Shown: piece after piece, positions 1 to 13,000 of the stretch
How positions within the stretch are numbered: the stretch's first letter is position 1
How the letters are laid out: each line of letters begins with the position of its first letter
Source of the DNA: Selaginella moellendorffii
Lineage: Eukaryota > Plantae > Lycopodiophyta
NCBI RefSeq assembly: GCF_000143415.4
Contig: NW_003314325.1
Coordinates: forward strand, 1,024,086-1,088,085
DNA length: 64,000 nt
Reading direction: 5' to 3'
The notes under the pieces: generated by a model
Databases searched by the model: none
The model's input: only the letters and a program-made list of their open reading frames with translations
Told to the model about the DNA's origin: nothing
Translations under genes and position numbers: made by a program

Positions 1-904
1 ATTGATTGAGTTGTTGAACCAAGTTGTATTGTCATTTCGAGTGCGTGAGTGCCAAACAAGTGTTGCAAGATCATCACTATAATGTTGGCAGATGTCATCA
101 TCACTCAAGTTTGCTAAAAATCAAAGTTGCTCGATGTCATAGACAAGGTTTTGCTTTTGAACAACAAATTGCCCAAGCCTACATTTAAACACGACAAAAC
201 AAGTTAAAGTGGGGTTAGAGGTAAACTTATAAAACTTACGCATTGATCTTTTGGCAGGCCAAGATAAGTCTGTTGACATCCAAAAGTCCCCTCGCATAGA
301 CACGGTTGACTGGAATGTTGATATGGTAGATGGGATCATCGTGAAAATGATCGTCAATACACATCATCCAAGTCTCATATTGGTGGTTACTGTCAATAAT
401 TTAGAATATTGTCCCCATAAGCTGTCGAATCTCAGGATGTCTAATAAGTATGTTATCAAATTTCAAGGACTTCTTCCTCCAAATAGGATCCTAGCTATTC
501 ACAATCTCGGGTGTGATGGTAACGATCTCCGTTATTCCTGACTTGCAAAAAGAGACTAAAAACATACCGATATTTGTCGCAAGGCCATTTTATTTGAACA
601 AACTGTATATATCTGGGTTGACATACTTGGATGCTGTGTAGACAAGGTTTGTCTGCTGCAAACAGCAAAGGGGGATTTTTCTGATCAAGTCATAAGGGCT
701 TGGCCATTTAAACACCTCAAGTGTTTGGTGAATTGCTTTTTCTCTTGTCTGCATAACAGTCTTTTAGAAGTGTTTGTCCACCATGTTGTCAGGAAGGTCT
801 GCAACTCTTTCAATTCTAGGTTGTTCCTCAAGCTCCCTATTGTGAACACCACTAGATTGCCCAACTTCAGGGATTTATGCCAGTGGTGGGCCAGTGAGGA
901 GTAA

Positions 905-1102
905 AGATGGAGGTGGTAGTGGTGATGGTGGGGGTGGTGGTGGTGGCGGTGGGGGCGGAGGCAATAGTGGCAGTGGTGGTGGCAATGGTGGCAGTGGTGG
1001 TGGCGGTGGCAGTGGTGGTGGTGGTGGTGGAGATGGTGATGGTGGTGGTAATGGTGGTGGTGGGGGTGGTGATGGCGGAGGTGATGGTGGTGGAAGAGGT
1101 GG
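905..1102. repeat. (GGT/GGC)n trinucleotide tract encoding poly-proline on the minus strand
   Basis: Directly visible; counterpart at 13315-13471. Confidence 0.9.
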
Positions 1103-1428
1103 AATTCTACGTAAATGTGTTTCTGTTGATGTGCCAATGGACATGTCAATTATGATGTCATCGTCAATGCTGAATTGAACTTCTCATGTTTTCTTGGCTC
1201 TAACATCCTTTTTATATGGTATAATTTTCCTTTTTTGAAAAAGAATTTTTTTTTAGTTAAAATAAATAAAGATAATAAGAAATTCAAACAATCAAAGAGA
1301 GAAAAAAAATAAATCAAGTGGGCCTAAACTCCACCTTGGGCACTTTGGTTGCCCAAGGGGCTGACAGCCACCGAAGTGCCCGAGGTGGCGAGCCCGGGCT
1401 GGACCTTGGGCAATTTGGCCACCTGAAA

Positions 1429-1558
1429 GGGCTGAGGTTATTCAAATAACCTAGGCCCCTTAGGCAGCCAAACTACCCAAGGTGGCTGGCCTGGGCTGGA
1501 CTTCAGGTAGTTTGGCCACCCGAGGGGCCGAGGTTATTCAAATAACTTCGGCCCCTCG
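1429..1558. repeat. Two copies of the palindrome GGGCCGAGGTTATT-CA-AATAACCTCGGCCC (copy A, intron 1)
   Basis: Copies at 1429-1458 and 1521-1558, each with 1-2 mismatches. Confidence 0.85.
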
Positions 1559-2762
1559 AGCGGCCAAACTGCCTGAGGTAGCTGGCCCTAAAGAAGCGAT
1601 CAAGAAAGAAGCAAAGAGAAGAAAATGGAAGTGGAAGCAATTAAATCAAAACTCACCTTTAGTGGCATCTTTCCTTCTCGATTTCTCGATCGTGCTGGAT
1701 TTCTCGCACTCTCTCACTCTCTCACTCTCTCACTCTCAATCTCAACTCGTGTTCATACTGGCGCACTCTATCTCCTACACTCTCCCACACTAGATCTCTC
1801 CCACTCGTGCACTCAATCTCTCAATCTCTTGCGCACTCAATTGCTCGATCTCTTGCGCGCTTAATCCCTCGATCTCCTTTGCGCTCAATCCCTTGATCTC
1901 TCATGTGCTTCACTCACAGTGCGAACAGTAACCTAATCAACCAATCTCTCATCCTGGCCGTTCATTCTGAATAACCTAAATCTCAACCATCATAATATCT
2001 TCAATCTTATTTTATATTATCATTATTATTATATATGAATTATGCTTCTTTATTTTGTATATTTTAATGATGATATAACTAGCATCTATCAGCATTTTTG
2101 TTATTAGAGATATGATATTAGTTTTTATAAATTATCTAGAAAAGATGCATTCTCATCAATATTTTGTACATATTTTGGAATCGTTACAAGAACTTTAAAG
2201 AGTATAAATAAGGCATGTTAAAATATGTTGTACTTTATCCATCTATGAATGGATGAATCCTCATCCAAAAATTTATTTTGTGTTGTATTAGATCCTAAAC
2301 AATAGGCACGTGCTTTCAATGTCATTGAGCAATATTCACAATTATGGATAAAACTTGAGTTGTACTATGAATCAAATTTGTCATTGAAGAATAAGATTTG
2401 ACAAGATTTATTATCATCTACCACTTAAAATTTGACAATTTAACATATCACATGCGCTAATAGTCAGATTGAATGTGTTGGTTTGACACGCTATAGTAAA
2501 ATGTCATTACTGGTATCATTATTAACTATCAAACTTCACTTGCTAAAAATCTTTTCTTGGATCTATGTGTATACATGCATCAGAAATCATAATAGATAAC
2601 AGTAATATTAATACTGTCACACTTGCATATGTTAAATTTGCTATAGAATTTAAATTCATTTTATACATTGTTGATATTCTTCTTATTGCTCTATTTAAAT
2701 TTCAATTATATTTCACTATAGATTTTTATAAGTAGCATAAAGAGAAAGAACTCCAAAACTTA

Positions 2763-5700
2763 TTGAGAAGGATGGAGAGGTTTCTTCTTAATTTTCGAAA
2801 TCACCCAGCTCTTTCATTCTCCCAGAGTATTGTTTTTGAAAGTTTTTTATGTCGGTGTTTTAATCTTCATCTTGGCTCTATTGCTTTAAAGGTTGTGATT
2901 CGCAACGACACTGGTATAGTTGTATACTCGAAGTTTCTTCTTTCTAGTGTGGCAAAGATGAATAATGGGATTTATAGAATTCTAAGTCGAAGGAGATTCA
3001 AGTTTTTGGATCTTTAGCTAAAGTGCCAAAATGCGCTCCAGCCAAAGTGAATGTGAAGCAAGAGTCAGTCGTTATCCTCTCATCCTTTTTTAGTTCAAGT
3101 GGAGAAATCATGCTAATGTCAATGCCAAATTCACCAGCGCTAGCTCCAGCTTCAACTCCAACTTCAGCAATATTCAAAGCCATTAGCAATGCTTTCCAGT
3201 TTTCGTGCCTCTCAATCGATGTGCACTTGTTTTTGTATAGGCTTGTGAACGAACTTCCATCCTTCTACAACAACAATATTTTCTTTGAGCTACCACCTTT
3301 TGTTAGCAGCATAGGTTCCAAACAAAAGGGGATGAAAACTAAGCAGAATGTCCACAATTGATGCAAAATCAAAACCACACACTTCCAATATTTTGAAGGC
3401 ACAGTGTTTATAGTTTATTGTGGTGGGCATTTAGATTGTGTGGATGAAGTATATAATCAAGAAATTCTAAATTTTCAAAGGGTCTACAGCCAATCCTCCA
3501 GCCTATGACACCATTGCTATTGGATTCAAGTGTCAATTCTGCAAAAATGCTCCTCTATGTCGTGCTATCTACGAGGCCAAAATGTACTACTTTTTTCCAC
3601 GGGATGGAGTGGCTAGAAGAGCTGCAATGCATGTTAGCACACACATGCATCTAATGCAAGAAGGGATACAAAGGAGTTCTCTCAACTGTTTTAAAGACGT
3701 TGTGCGGGAAGAGACTATGAGAAACTCATTTGCAACTCCAAAGCATGTTCAGAAGACCGTCCTCAAGGATTTTATTGCAAACACCTTACTCAATCCAAAT
3801 TGCCAAAAGACTCAACTAAAGAAGGCTAACTTGCGGGACTTACTACGAGGAGTACAACCTGCTACTAGCCTAAGGAGGTACATCCGTTATATTTCATATG
3901 TGATTCTTTTTTTTACATTATATTGTTTAGGATAAAATCTTGTATGTGTAAATCTTGAGAGGGGAAGTTGCAATAAAAAATTGACTCCATCCTTGAATTG
4001 AAACGGACCTGTCCATACGAGTTCATCCACATAAGTTTGTTTCCAGACCAAGTTGTGAATGAGCAAGAGCACCCCTTCGTCTTCAAAATATCTATCATAG
4101 GCCCTGCCTTTGGTGTAAATCTTATCCCAAATAGACATGTTTGGGTCTAGTGACCTTGCAAATACATGAGTTTATTTTGACCATATGAAATGCATATCAA
4201 GTTGGACAACCATGGGAGCTCATGTGTATGATCCAAGGTAATTTTTATTCTTATTATATTGAAATTGTTGTAATATTTGTGTTTTCACAGGCTACGTTGT
4301 AACTTGACAATTGCAACAGTAGAGTTTAAAGTACAAGACTAAACAGCCCAAGAAATATTTTAGAAGTCCCTCTCTGATATTGTCAAAAAGCGGACTGGTA
4401 AGCCTGCAAACTTTCACGATTTCATGGCAGATAGGGCTAGTGCAAACTGGAATGGTGTATGAACAGTTTTTGGGAATGGTCAATCATTAGAAGGTCATGA
4501 GAGGACTTATGAGTTCCATTAGACTCAAAGCCTAAACCAGCACTGCCACCTTATTAAGTCAAAGTTTCAATCAATGTTCAAAGAGTTGTGTAAACAATGG
4601 TAGGTTGCACCTTTTGAAGAAGAGCATGAGGCAAAAGCAAACAAGATCTAAATGTGGTGGTGTGAAGATGGCCATACAAATGTAAGTTGCGTACCACAAC
4701 TTGAGTCATGGTTAGGGTGGTGGGAAGTTAGGATGTTTTAATGGGGACATCACTCTTTTCAAGTTGGTTTCTATTTTTTCTTCTCATTTTATTACTTCTT
4801 AATATTGCTTTTTCCATTAGGATCAACCACTTGAGGACCTTGCATACATCCCAACTATGAATCTGTTTGAAAGTAAGCATTGGAGTTGGCATTCCTCTAA
4901 GGCAAGGAAAGGGAAGATGAGTCTATATGAAGTCTGTCTATTAGATTTGATACACGCTATAGAGCAATTTTCAAAAACACTGGCATTCAAGGAAGGAAGA
5001 TACATGGGAACAGGGCCTTCTGTTGAGATGTTACATGATAGGATGAAGAGAAAATTAACTCCACCCACTTGAATAGTGGCAACTGCAATTGAGGAAATGG
5101 TTTGTGGCACATCTATGGAGTACACTCTCTAGACTTCTATTAGTGATATGAAGATTGTCCACTCAAAGCGTTGTTTTTCCTTTGTTGGTGAAGATGTTGA
5201 TATGGAACTTGGAGCGAAAAGCTCTCACAAGCCTGATATCGAGTACCATTCTGTTCCAAGACACTACTCTTAGACCGAGCCACCTCAAGTAGCTAATGAA
5301 GAGAGTGCATCCCAACAGGTTGAAATTGCTTACTGTAGTGTGGAGTCGAAGCAATGGGCAATCTAACGCATGCCAGCAAAATCAAATGTAAGGTGTGGGG
5401 ATGCTTCCGAGGAGCAAGTGTTGGGCCTGGATTCATAGTGATAAATTTGCTTCTATTCCAAGCCCATGTTTCTATGGGGAACAAAAACAAGCAAGATTTT
5501 AGAGATGGTGCTAGCTGTATTGTTGTAACACTGACACTAACCATATGAAGCAGCTTGAAGACACTATAGTGACTAAACTTAATGTAGTACCTAAAACATG
5601 GCTGATTGCTAATGGAGTTATGTTCACCTTGGATGAGATTGAAAACCTTAAGAAATCTGGTTTCAATCTTAAGAGGAGAGTTGGAGACATGAGCGACAGA

Positions 5701-6094
5701 ACCAAAACTATTCCTACAAAGATGCACAGAGGCCAGCAAGAAAAGGTAAGGCAATTAAATTATTGGTACTGTCTCCAAGCAGAAGCAGAGTAAAATAAAC
5801 TTGGCTCAAACACTTGAGTGTGAGATTCTCTCCACAAAGTACATCACTACACTTGCAAAGGAGTACATAGTCAAAATAGAAGGTGCAGAGTACACAATTG
5901 CCATTCAAGACTTTCCTTCTTGCATATATCTAAACTTTATGAAGCGCGAGGAACATGGGAAGGCATATGCTTTTTGCAAGCATATGTACTACATCTTCAT
6001 CAACATCTTGCACTAGGATCCTAAAATGGATATTCATATACACCAAACAAGCCTTACTATTGCAGAGTTGCAAAAAACTTTTGGAGCTAATTAG
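2763..6094 (+). pseudogene. MULE transposase with GCM-like N-terminal Zn domain and C-terminal SWIM finger, copy A
   Basis: Uninterrupted homolog of 15180-17860 + 41071-41754; many premature stops; SWIM remnant FPSCIYLNF..CKHMYY. Confidence 0.75.
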
Positions 6095-6224
6095 ATTTCT
6101 CCAACACTATCGATGTTTATTCTCTATCAATAATATAAACTTATTATACTTTATATAATTAATAAAAAACATTTTTTCATTTCACTTTTCATTTTATATA
6201 CTTTTAAGTGTTCTTTTTGTAGTA

Positions 6225-6473
6225 CTACCCATAGTACTCGTGTGTCTCCATTTCTATCTTTACCATCTCAAAAAAAATTTCATGGTAGTTTTTTGGATGG
6301 GTGATGTTACAGTGTGTTGTGAGAGCATATATACCATCATACTGATCATCACCATTGTTTCCACCAGATGCTAGAAAACATATAGAGCATTTCTTGAAAA
6401 TGGTAGAATTGCACTTTTTCAAAACAAATAAGAAGGCATTCTTTTTCACCCAATTTGTTGCACCCTTTGTCAT
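6225..6473 (-). CDS. Small zinc-finger ORF at the right end of the element, copy A
   Basis: KCSICF..HCNITH; homolog of 41846-42145. Confidence 0.45.
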   Translation of the reverse strand: MTKGATNWVKKNAFLFVLKKCNSTIFKKCSICFLASGGNNGDDQYDGIYALTTHCNITHPKNYHEIFFEMVKIEMETHEYYG

Positions 6474-7132
6474 TGCATTTATCTCAAACTTATGATCACT
6501 ATCCTCACTATCCTCTCTTTCATTCTCTTATGTGGTTTGGTTATGCTATGCAATAGGATAATTATTGCATCTCCTAGCCTTTGAACCTTGAGAAGAAAAA
6601 TTGTGAGAGTTAAAATTACCAACACTAGAACCCATAAACATTTATGTGTATTTCCCTTTTTTCGAATGAAAGTGTAAATGAAGATCTATAAATTTTAGAC
6701 AGTATGCTATGACAAACCCCTCAAAAATGTATTCTAGAAAAGAACTAAGTCTTTCTTTTATATGCAATAAGCTTATATTAATGGTTATTTTTATTCCTTT
6801 CAAATGGTTATATGGTTTTATATAGAATCTTATTCCAAATTTAATAATTTTTTAATACTGACAAACCTGATATTTACTAGCTAGAAAGCACATTGTACAG
6901 ATTTAAGGAAGTGACAAGAATACTTTTTTTGCAAACATCTTATTTTATATTGTAACAAACATCCCTATTATGGCATGTAGTAAATATTTAAATTGTTAGA
7001 ATAAGAAGTGTCCTTTAGAACATTTTTGTCTATATAATATGTAGAGATTTATAAAATTATTAAGTTCACCATAACCTTAATATTCACTATAAGCTCAACT
7101 CTTCAACTCATGAGTTCAAATATGGTCTACAC

Positions 7133-7970
7133 TCCCACTATCTTTACTATACATGTAAAACCCCCCACAATGCCCCCTTCCCCCCCCCCTTTTGAAGAAC
7201 ACACACTTTGGACTTTCACCCCTTGTCACCTTTAATACCAAAAGTTAGTCTCTAGAACAAGCATGAAAGTTATTAAATATGGAATGGTGTTAAATTGTGA
7301 GTTTGGATATGAGATCAACACCATTGTGTTTACTACAATCTTTACATTTTATAAATATACCAAATTTGCAAATTTACACACTTTCTATAAATAGTAATTG
7401 GGACCGAATAATACCAATATATGTCGCATAATAGCAAACGTGTTTGGCAAATATGGTAAACTATCATTTGGTGATATTAAGGGATCAAGCTCAATATTAT
7501 AGGGGTTCCTAATACTATACAAGCCAACATATGAGCTTCTCATACTAAGCCGAGTATGCTCAATAAGAAACACATAGAAGTTCCTACTTTATGTTTATCC
7601 AACATAAGTATATACATGATGACCAATTTCTCAACTAACTTAAATGGAAATTGATAAAGGGTGTAGCAATACTGACTTCTTTCCGTTATGACAGTAAGGA
7701 AAAAATATCTAAAAGGACTAGTTGACAAATAACTTTTAATACCCACAATCACATTTGTAACATATGCTCAACAAGAAACATATAGAAGTGTTTCTACCTT
7801 ATATTTATTCAGCATAAGTATATACATAATGACCAATTTCTCAACTAACTTAAGTGGAGACTGATAAATAATCTAGCAATACCAACCTCTTGCCATCATA
7901 ATAGTAAGGAAAGAATATTTAAAAAGACTTCCTAATAAGTAACTTTCGATACCCACAATTACATTCATGA
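7133..7970 (-). repeat. Inverted, decayed LTR fragment of the 57176 family with a tandem duplication of its ~200-bp terminus
   Basis: 7133-7762 is the reverse complement of ~57176-57815; ~7555-7762 is repeated at ~7767-7970. Confidence 0.8.
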
Positions 7971-9415
7971 TAACTTGAGCTCATGGGTGAAGCACATGGG
8001 GATGGTCCAAAGTTGAGTTGAGCTCAATTCAACACAAGTCAACTCAAATCAACATAGTCAATAAGAAATATTACAAAGGAGATCTAAATTGAATAAATGA
8101 AGGTTCTAGCAAACTTTAAAATATTAAAATACTTAAATATCTAAGTTAAAAGTTTCTATAAGATTGAATTGTTTAAAAAAGACAAAGTTCATAAGAACCT
8201 ATCTTTTATAAAACTATATTATTTTATTATGACAACTCTTACAGCTGTCATATTTGATTTGACTACTTAATATTTTGAATACTTTTATAGCTGTAGATAC
8301 TATTCCTTCATTCAAAAGATTTTTTAGGGTTCTTGAGAAGATGGGAAGCAAGGAAAATACAAGATTTGTGAGTAAGAGTTGTAGTGCAAAGGAATGTGAG
8401 AATGTTAATTTTGTTTTACTACCACAATCTCTATATTACACTCTTGGTCCTTATTACCCATCTGGGAATGTGGAGACCACTATCACAATTGATAAAAATG
8501 CTTCTGGTACTTCTGAAACAACAGTCGAGAGCAAGAGAAATGAAAAAATGAATAGCACAGCGGAAAGCACCAAGAAATCTACTCCATAAAACTTTCCATG
8601 ACATTTTTAATTTACATATTAATTCATATTAAAAACTCTATTGCTTGCCTATATTGCAATCCTCTCATAAGGTATATTTTGCAGTGAATCCTCATTAAAA
8701 GTTTTTGGGAATTGTTTGTAAATAATGATAAAAGAAATCAAAATCTTTCGAAAGACTCAAAAGTAATATCACATCAAAGAATCAACTTTATCTACATTTC
8801 CAAGACTGAAAGGCAATCTCACATGAGAGAATGGTAGCATGCCAACGTGCTCTGCCACTATAATGTGGTCTATATTTCCTTGCAATTTATTTCCCTAGAC
8901 ATTTGGCATGTGTAGAAAAGAATATATGTGTAGTAAAGTAGGATTCATCATAATGATAGAGCATGAGTATACACGATAATCTAAAATTCTAGAAGCTCTT
9001 ATGTTTACAAGAAAGCTATGATTATGAAACCCCATTTCCAAGACTGACATTTAAAGAATTTGAGTATTGTCAGTGTCATAATAAATAAACCTCATTCCCA
9101 AGACTAAAACTTAATATATAAACTATCTAGAAAAGTTATAGTCATTGTAGGTTTTTTGTTCTCCTTGAGCTCCTTAGAAGTTTACATTGAAATGGCTCAA
9201 AGGAGACTCATTGCTACTCATACTTGGCCCCCTAGCAGTTCATATCAATCTCCACCTCCATCCCCAAGTTCTACCAACATTCCACCTTCACTCCACATAA
9301 CAATCTTTTTTCTGCTGAGGGCTCTAGTGAAGCTGAACTAGAGCTCCCTATATGTGAAATTCCGGATCTTGCTACTAGAGAGGGATTGCCTCCAACGCTT
9401 CAAGAGCAATGATAT

Positions 9416-9736
9416 ATGTTTTTGCAAGATCTTGCTCCTGACATGGCGGGACTACTTGAAAGCATAGAACGCTATTACATTCGGTGTCCAATATGCTACT
9501 TTTTCTTGGACAAGACAAATGGCTCTATGGGTTTACAAACATTTCTTGAGCATTGTAGGAATTGCCCAACGGCAGGTCTAGAAAATGTGCACGTGTGGAT
9601 GTACAATAGATTCAAGAATGAGTTACAGACACATACCCACTATCGCTTCATGGTGAGGAACAACATCCCTTTGGGAAACACTACATTGGCTAGTGCAAAA
9701 TATGGGGTTTTTAGGCCACCCTACAGTGGAATGTAA
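9416..9736 (+). CDS. Small zinc-finger ORF near the left end (reading probably began near ATG 9192)
   Basis: RCPICYFF..HCRNC..FKNELQTHTHY; resembles the right-end ORF. Confidence 0.45.
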   Translation: MFLQDLAPDMAGLLESIERYYIRCPICYFFLDKTNGSMGLQTFLEHCRNCPTAGLENVHVWMYNRFKNELQTHTHYRFMVRNNIPLGNTTLASAKYGVFRPPYSGM

Positions 9737-10028
9737 GATCTAGATTACTTTACTATACTATAGTATTGTCACTATTAAAAGAAAAAATATAATAAAATGA
9801 TATTAGTTGTAGGTAACATACCTTGTTCTAGAAGATGCTATCATATCACATACAATTGTTTACAAAATGTTGAAGGAGGAGATGGCAACACACAAGCACT
9901 ACAAAGTGATGGTGATAGGTGAGAATGATAATCTATAATTATGGTATCTGACATTGACACTGACATCTAACAATTTTACTGACATCTGACACTTTCACTG
10001 ACATCTAACATATAACAAGCTTTCCATT

Positions 10029-13000
10029 TTATGTAAGGATGCAATTAACTTTCTTCTGCCTCATCATCAACATAATGATTTCTTTTATACTTCCTCTTAT
10101 ATTGGTATTGTGGGGAAGATTCACCTTGCATATGTTGAGCCATGGCTTCTGCATAGTTAGGGAGACTTCCAAAGCCTCCAATTCTAGAAACTCTAGGTGA
10201 CTGTGATCTATAAAATAGAATGAAATATATATTGAAATTTTAATAAACATAATTTACCTCCTTGAGGTTGAAGGCAACTCACGAAATCCTCTGAGCCGGT
10301 GTTTGAAGAAATGATGCTCTTCAATAGCAAACACCAACTTACCAGAGTCACGTGCTGCCTCCACCATAGAACCGCTACCTCCTGTGCAATCAATCACAAC
10401 ACCATCTGGTGGGCAATAGAGCTCAAGCAAGACTTGCATTGCCGATGGAGTTTGGAATCGGTACTCTGGAAACGTGTTGCGGTTCTGCTCATCCACAAGG
10501 TTGGGTATGATGTTAGTGGAACTGTCGTACCCAGGCAAAACATGTGCTGCACGTTCGCTATCACGAAACCCATCATGTGTGTTTTTGCAGAAGGCATGAT
10601 AGGTCCACATCATAACCTGGAAAATAAAAATGTTTAGAAATTAGATAAAAATATAAAATACATACTCACCTTTTCAGACTTCCCTTGGACACCCCTCGTA
10701 TCGATGCCAATAGGATCCATGATGCACCCGGAAGAGAATGACTTGAAATGAACTTCTGCTGCACACGTCATAAGCTTATACATCCAGTTGGGGTCATTCG
10801 GTAGAATGAAGATGACATAGCCAGCTTTGAGCATAAGTGCTTTGGACAATAGGAATGCATCGCGCAAGTGGTCAGGTGTGAGAAAGTTCCAATCCTCAAC
10901 TTTTCTATTGATATCTGAAAGACCATCGGAAAGTCGAAGAGAATGAAGTCCGCAACTGAGAGCAAGGGCCTTTGTATCTTTCGACACCAACAGTTGAACT
11001 GGCGCCGTATATCCATGTTGATGTCGTCTTCCGTGAAAGATGTCAATAATCTACTATAAGAGCCAATGAAGATACCCACAATGCCTTGTTGTGTTATTGG
11101 GGACACAGGACGGACGTATAAAAGAGTTAAGTGAATGAAAAAAGTAATAAATAGTATGCTACCGTTATATGGCATGTTGTCGATAAGAGTTCCTCCAACT
11201 CCTCTTCACGAGCATCTCGTCGAGCTAGAATGAAATTACTACCAATAATAATTGCTGCAAAAAACATGTATTACCACCTTTAGTTTGTAAAATTTACTTT
11301 TGCTTACCTCGAGGTTGACGTGATATTCTGTGAACCACTTGATCATCGTTATTTACTGGTAGAACCTGATCCGAATCTTGGTTGTTTGATGGTTGAATTG
11401 GAGCCTGTTCCTGACTGTCTGGTGGTGGAATACGAACTTGATCTGGAGCTTCCGCATCCTCGTCTCTATCGTCACTTGCATTGCCATCGTTGCTAGCATT
11501 GATAATTTCCTCGCGATCTAGTGTAGAGGTCTCCTTCCCTAGGAGCTCCAACTCCCAAGGGCATTCTATCTTCCGTGCCTTCGGAACTCTCGCAAACATT
11601 GTTGGGTACATTCCTCCATCTCTTACACCCTTTGCAACAAGTCGAGTGCAAACTGGTGCCTCAAATGGCATGCCTTTATATCGAAGATACCTGTAAACAA
11701 TATATATTAAAACACAGTCTTAGAAATCATATTATACCTATAAGTTGCACGCGCATGAAATAAGGTTGACCATGTTGGCAATTATAAGTTATTGTGCTTG
11801 TAGACTTCTCTGGCAGCCACCCCTCTTCGATCCCTTCCAATGATGTGTTGATGTAGGTGTCAAAAGACATGAATATGCCATCTGGATCGTCACCAATGTG
11901 TGGTGCCAAAAACTTCTCACCTTCACTTATAGTTTGCATGATGTAAATAGCCCTTCTCGTCATGTTCTCAAATAGTTTCGGCAGTCCTTTCTCTCTGTTC
12001 ATCAAGAAGACATTGAGGAACTCCAGAGTCTCTATCTGTTGCTTATATGGAAGCTTCGATTTTGCGATATTGTAAATCATGTCATCTGGAGTTTTGTTCA
12101 CTGCAAAAGTAACATATGCATAATTAAGAAAAATGGTGTGATAAGAAACTTATATTCATGAGAAGAAATTTTGGCTATAGTCTCTAGCCACTCCTTCGGC
12201 TTGCGATTGTTTGCAATGCATACTAGTTTCTTCAACTTTGAGGACTTTGCATGCTAAATTTTGTGCTCAATTTGTACAAACTCAGCTGAGAGCTCTTCCT
12301 GACTCTTCTCCGGATATGCAAGTTCGTAAGCATCTTGCTTGACCTTCACCAAAGGCTAAAAACCAAAACAATTAAAAGAGGCTTTTATAAAATAAAAGGG
12401 AAAGACATACCTTACACCACATAGCGAGCATAAAACTGATTGGGTTGTTGAACCAAGTTGTACCGTCATTTTGAGTGCGTGAGTGCCGAACAAGTGTTGC
12501 GAGATTATCACCATAATGTTGGCAGATGTCATCCTCACTCAAGTCTGCCAAAAATCAAAGTTGCTCAATGTCATGGACAAGGTTTTGTTTTTGAACAGCA
12601 AACTGCCCAAGTCTACATTTAAACACAACAAAACAAGTTAAAGTGGAGTTAGAGGTAAAATTATAAAACTTACACATTAATCTTTTGGTAGGCCAAGATA
12701 AGTCTATTGACATCCAAAGGTCCCCTCGCGTAGACATGGCTGACTAGAACGTTGATATGGTAGACGGGATCATCGTGAAAATGATCGTCGATACACTTCA
12801 TCCAAGCTCCATATCGGTGGTTACCGTCAATAATTTGGAACATTGTCCCCATAAGTTGTCGAGTCTCAGGATGTTTGATAAGCACATCATCAAATTCTAG
12901 GGACTTCCTCCTCCAAATAGGATCCCAGCTATTCACAATCTCAGGTGTGACAGTAATGATTTCTGTTGTTCTTGGTTTGCAAAAAGAGACTAGAAACATA

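Larger units (their letters stand above)
1..1668 (-). pseudogene. 5' part of ParB-domain/methyltransferase gene, copy A (micro-exon, Pro-rich tract, ParB-like region)
   Basis: Homologous to 12435-13990; ATG CCA CTA AAG|GTGAG micro-exon at 1668; poly-Pro ORF 875-1144; the ParB motif region near 370-400 is degenerate. Confidence 0.7.
1..7132. mobile_element. Mutator-like DNA transposon, copy A (left part outside window), degenerate
   Basis: 1-~5410 aligns to 12435-17860 and ~5411-7132 aligns to 41071-42840; same gene content as copy B but with more stops. Right end (..ctcaactcttcaactcatgagttcaaatatggtctacac) matches the right end of copy B. Confidence 0.8.

Noticed and set aside
685-1178. His-, Gly- and Val-rich ORFs
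   Set aside because: Alternative frames of the (GGT)n tract; only the minus-strand poly-Pro frame joins the ParB gene.
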